DNA from: Mustelus asterias
Lineage: Eukaryota
Reading direction: 5' to 3'
Assembly: GCF_964213995.1 (NCBI RefSeq)
Contig: NW_027590427.1
Coordinates: forward strand, 62,001 to 126,000
DNA length: 64,000 bases
Positions 61,050-64,000 of this stretch are shown here, piece by piece. The position numbers and the translations under genes are program-made. A model generated the notes under the pieces. That model was not told the DNA's origin. It did no database searches and saw nothing but the letters and a program-made list of their open reading frames with translations. How positions within the stretch are numbered: the first letter of the stretch is position 1; every line of letters starts with the position of its first letter.

Positions 61050-61869
61050 CTGAAGGGATTGGATTTAGAATCTGCTGTTAATCGCATCCAGGACTGAACC
61101 ATGTTCATTCTGAGAGTTGGAGTTTGTTGCTGCTGATATTAATAAGCATGAAAGCTGGTGTGTGCAGTGATGTTGTTTGTAAATAATGATTAAATCAGCT
61201 TTGATTCAAACACAGTGTTTTGGATTTCTCCAATAATAAGAGGAGAATGATTGATCTCCTGTTTTTGACAGTGCCATTATTTGGGCCTTTTCTTACTCAA
61301 GATTATTTCTGTTCTCTGATTCATCTTCTCCCGGATTAAACTCTGAACTTTCATCAATCCTATCAATCTATTGAAGACATTGGGTGCTTGGTGAAACCCA
61401 CCTGTTGGTATCAGTTGCCTTTTGGAAGATTTCCCAGTTTTCTGAAATTCCATCGTGGTTCTGGTGTTGATGTAATGATGGGAGTTTCAGTTCCAATGCT
61501 GATGATGTGGGGTCTGTGCTGACAAACACGGAATCCTCACAGTGCAGAAAGACACCATTCAGCCCATTGAGTCTGTCCTGGGTCTCTGAAAGGGCATTGT
61601 ACCCAGTCCTACTTCCCTGCCTTATTCCCGTAACATTGCACATTCTTTCTTTTCGGATAGCAATCTAATTTTCTTTTCAATACCTCGATAGAACCTGCCT
61701 CCACGACCTTCTCAGTGAAATTGTTCCAGACTCCAACCAACCTCTGAGTGAAACATTTTTATTCACATCACTCTTACTCCTTTGCGAAATACTTTGAATC
61801 TGTGCCCTAGTTCTTGGTGCTCTCTTGAGTGGGAACAGTTTCTGACTATTTACTCTGTCCATACTCATT

Positions 61870-62165
61870 GCTCAATCCTAATTGCCCTTGAACTGAATGG
61901 TTTGCTGGACCATTTAAAGACCCACATCGCTGTGGATCTGGAGTCACATGTGGAATATACCGGGTAAGGGTGGCAGATTTCCTTCCCTAAAGGACAAGAG
62001 TTTTTTATGACAATCGGCAATGGTTTCATTAAAAGTTTATTTCCGGATTTTTTTGTTATTGAATTCAAATTCCACCAGCTGCCATGGTGGGATTTGAACC
62101 CAGGTCCCCAGAACATGACTTTGGGTTTCTGGATTACTTGTTCAATATTACTTCGCCACTGGGTG
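61870..62165 (-). mobile_element. SINE family 2, preceded by an old CR1 3' fragment (~61540-61862, -)
   Basis: Reverse complement of the family-2 body. Confidence 0.75.
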
Positions 62166-62334
62166 CCCCTAAACTCATAAGAAATCTTACACCAAAAGCT
62201 TTGACCTGGATATCGAGCTCAGAGATTAATATTTAACACGGTTTTTGCTTCTTCTCTCAGACAGCAGAAGGAAAGAAACCACAAGCTTGTTCTGTTTGAC
62301 TGTTCTACTTGTGGGTGTGACAAATTGAACTGGA

Positions 62335-63535
62335 ATAGAAAACATAGAAAACTACAGCACAAAACAGGCCCTTCGGCCCTACAAGTTGTGCCGAACATGT
62401 CCCTACCTTTTAGGCCTACCTATAACCCTCCATCCTATTAAGTCCCATGTACTCATCCAGGAGTCTCTTAAAGGACCCTATTGAGTTCGCCTCCACCACC
62501 ACCGACGGCAGCCGATTCCACTCACCCACCACCCTCTGTGTGAAAAACTTCCCCCTAACATTTCACCTGTACCTACACCCCAGCACCTTAAACTTGTGTA
62601 CTCTCGTAGCAGCCATTTCCACCCTGGGAAAAAGCCTCTGAGAGTCCACCCGATCTATGCCTCTCAACATCTTATACATCTCTATTAGGTCTCCTCTCAT
62701 CCTACGTCTCTCCAAGAAGAAAAGCCCGAGCTCCCTCAGCCTATCCTCATAAGGCATGCCACTCAATCCAGGCAACATCCTTGTAAATCGCCTCTGCACC
62801 CTTTCAATCTTTTCCACATCCTTCCTATAGTGAGGCGACCAGAACTGAGCACAGTACTCCAAGTGGAGTCTGACGAGGGTCTCATATAGCTGCATCATTA
62901 TCCCCGGACTCCCAAACTCAATCCCTTGATTGATAAAGGCCAGCACACCATACGACTTCTTAACCACCTCCTCCACCTGTGGGGCCGATTTTAGAGTCCT
63001 ATGGACCCGGACCCCAATGTCCTTCTGATCCTCTACCGTACTAAGAGTCTTTCCCTTTATATTGTACTCCTTCATCCCATTTGACCTGCCAAAATGGACC
63101 ACTTCGCATTTATCTGGGTTGAAGTCCATCTGCCACTTCTCTGCCCAGTCTTGCATCCTATCTATGTCCCTCTGTAACTTCTGACATCCCTCCAGACTAT
63201 CCACAACCCCACCAACCTTTGTGTCATCGGCAAACTTACCAACCCATCCCTCCGCTTCCTCATCCAGGTCATTTATGAAAATGACAAACAGCAAGGGTCC
63301 CAGAACAGATCCCTGGGGCACACCACTGGTGACCGACCTCCATTTAGAAAAAGACCCATCGATACCCACTCTCTGCCTCCTTTGGGCAAGCCAGTTCTGG
63401 ATCCATCGGGCAGCAGCCCCTTGGATCCCGTGCCCTCTCACTTTTTCTAGAAGCCTTGCATGGGGGACCTTATCGAACGCCTTGCTGAAATCCTTATAAA
63501 CCACATCTACCGCCTTCCCTTCGTCAATGTGTTTC
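62335..63535 (-). mobile_element. Young 5'-truncated CR1 LINE (RT domain to tail)
   Basis: ORF 62563-63546 has DFSKAFDKV, GVPQGSVLGP and FADDTK; tail ttctatgttttctat. Confidence 0.93.
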
Positions 63536-64000
63536 ACTTTACACACATCTGGAGTTCCTGTGAACCATCCATTGTAGAACGATATTGCAGAAGAAATCTG
63601 TTATTTTCTGGCTCAATTAACCCTTTTGGAATCTTGTTTATTAAAACTCCACCACACGTACTGCATGTGAGAGCCTTTGAAATGTTCTGATCTTTGCAAT
63701 TGTCATCGTTGATTTTGATGGCTTCTCTGGCATGCAAAAGCTCTACACCACCCGCTCCCCCATGGACACAAATCTCCCAATTGCTAAAGAAATTGACAGA
63801 GTTTGGGAAGATTGCCGTGTCAAACTCATCAGACTCTTTTGACAAATAGAATTTTTGTTGGGGAAGGTTGCACCTTTTATGTTTTCAGGAAAGTGACGCC
63901 AGTGTGCCTTTAAGAAATGTATTTTTTAAAAACATGTTCTCCGCAGTTTGTAAGCAGCTTTATTTTATTGTGGCACTGGCTGCTTGCATAGATGTCCTTT

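Noticed and set aside
63534-63845. 103-aa minus-strand ORF next to the CR1 5' end
   Set aside because: It has a TTG start, an in-frame stop shortly upstream and no recognisable domain. It is near the window edge and left unassigned.

Overview
Vertebrate DNA, most likely a shark, judged from HE1/V-SINEs, a Deu-domain SINE and CR1/HER1-type LINEs with (TTCTATG) tails. The window holds a cluster of KRAB-less poly-C2H2 zinc-finger (ZNF) genes, each with one coding exon. Five arrays read uninterrupted from their start codon (3999-4736 -, 18476-19537 -, 34066-35166 +, 41077-41919 +, 60180-61049 +). Four are frameshifted (11768-12635 +, 24022-24840 +, 47675-49341 -, 56341-56991 -), and there are several remnants. 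The genes sit next to CpG-island, often bidirectional promoters with NRF1/YY1/CCAAT motifs. Two large duplications overlap: a ~6.5 kb direct repeat (254-6905 / 45320-51509) and a ~9 kb inverted repeat (20574-29934 / 51254-60073). Their breakpoints fall at splice sites or at retroelement patches, so promoters and finger arrays appear to have been re-paired. The most notable signal is a frame-preserved ~18-codon tail (xxGLDSAVIAAVNHIQD*) with synonymous variation, lying just after the stop codon of most paralogues; it is a candidate read-through effector module. Other signals are a start codon created inside a TGEKP linker, a shared split-palindrome promoter element and degenerate hammerhead motifs. 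All alignments were made by eye; repeat boundaries are approximate and splicing or expression is inferred.
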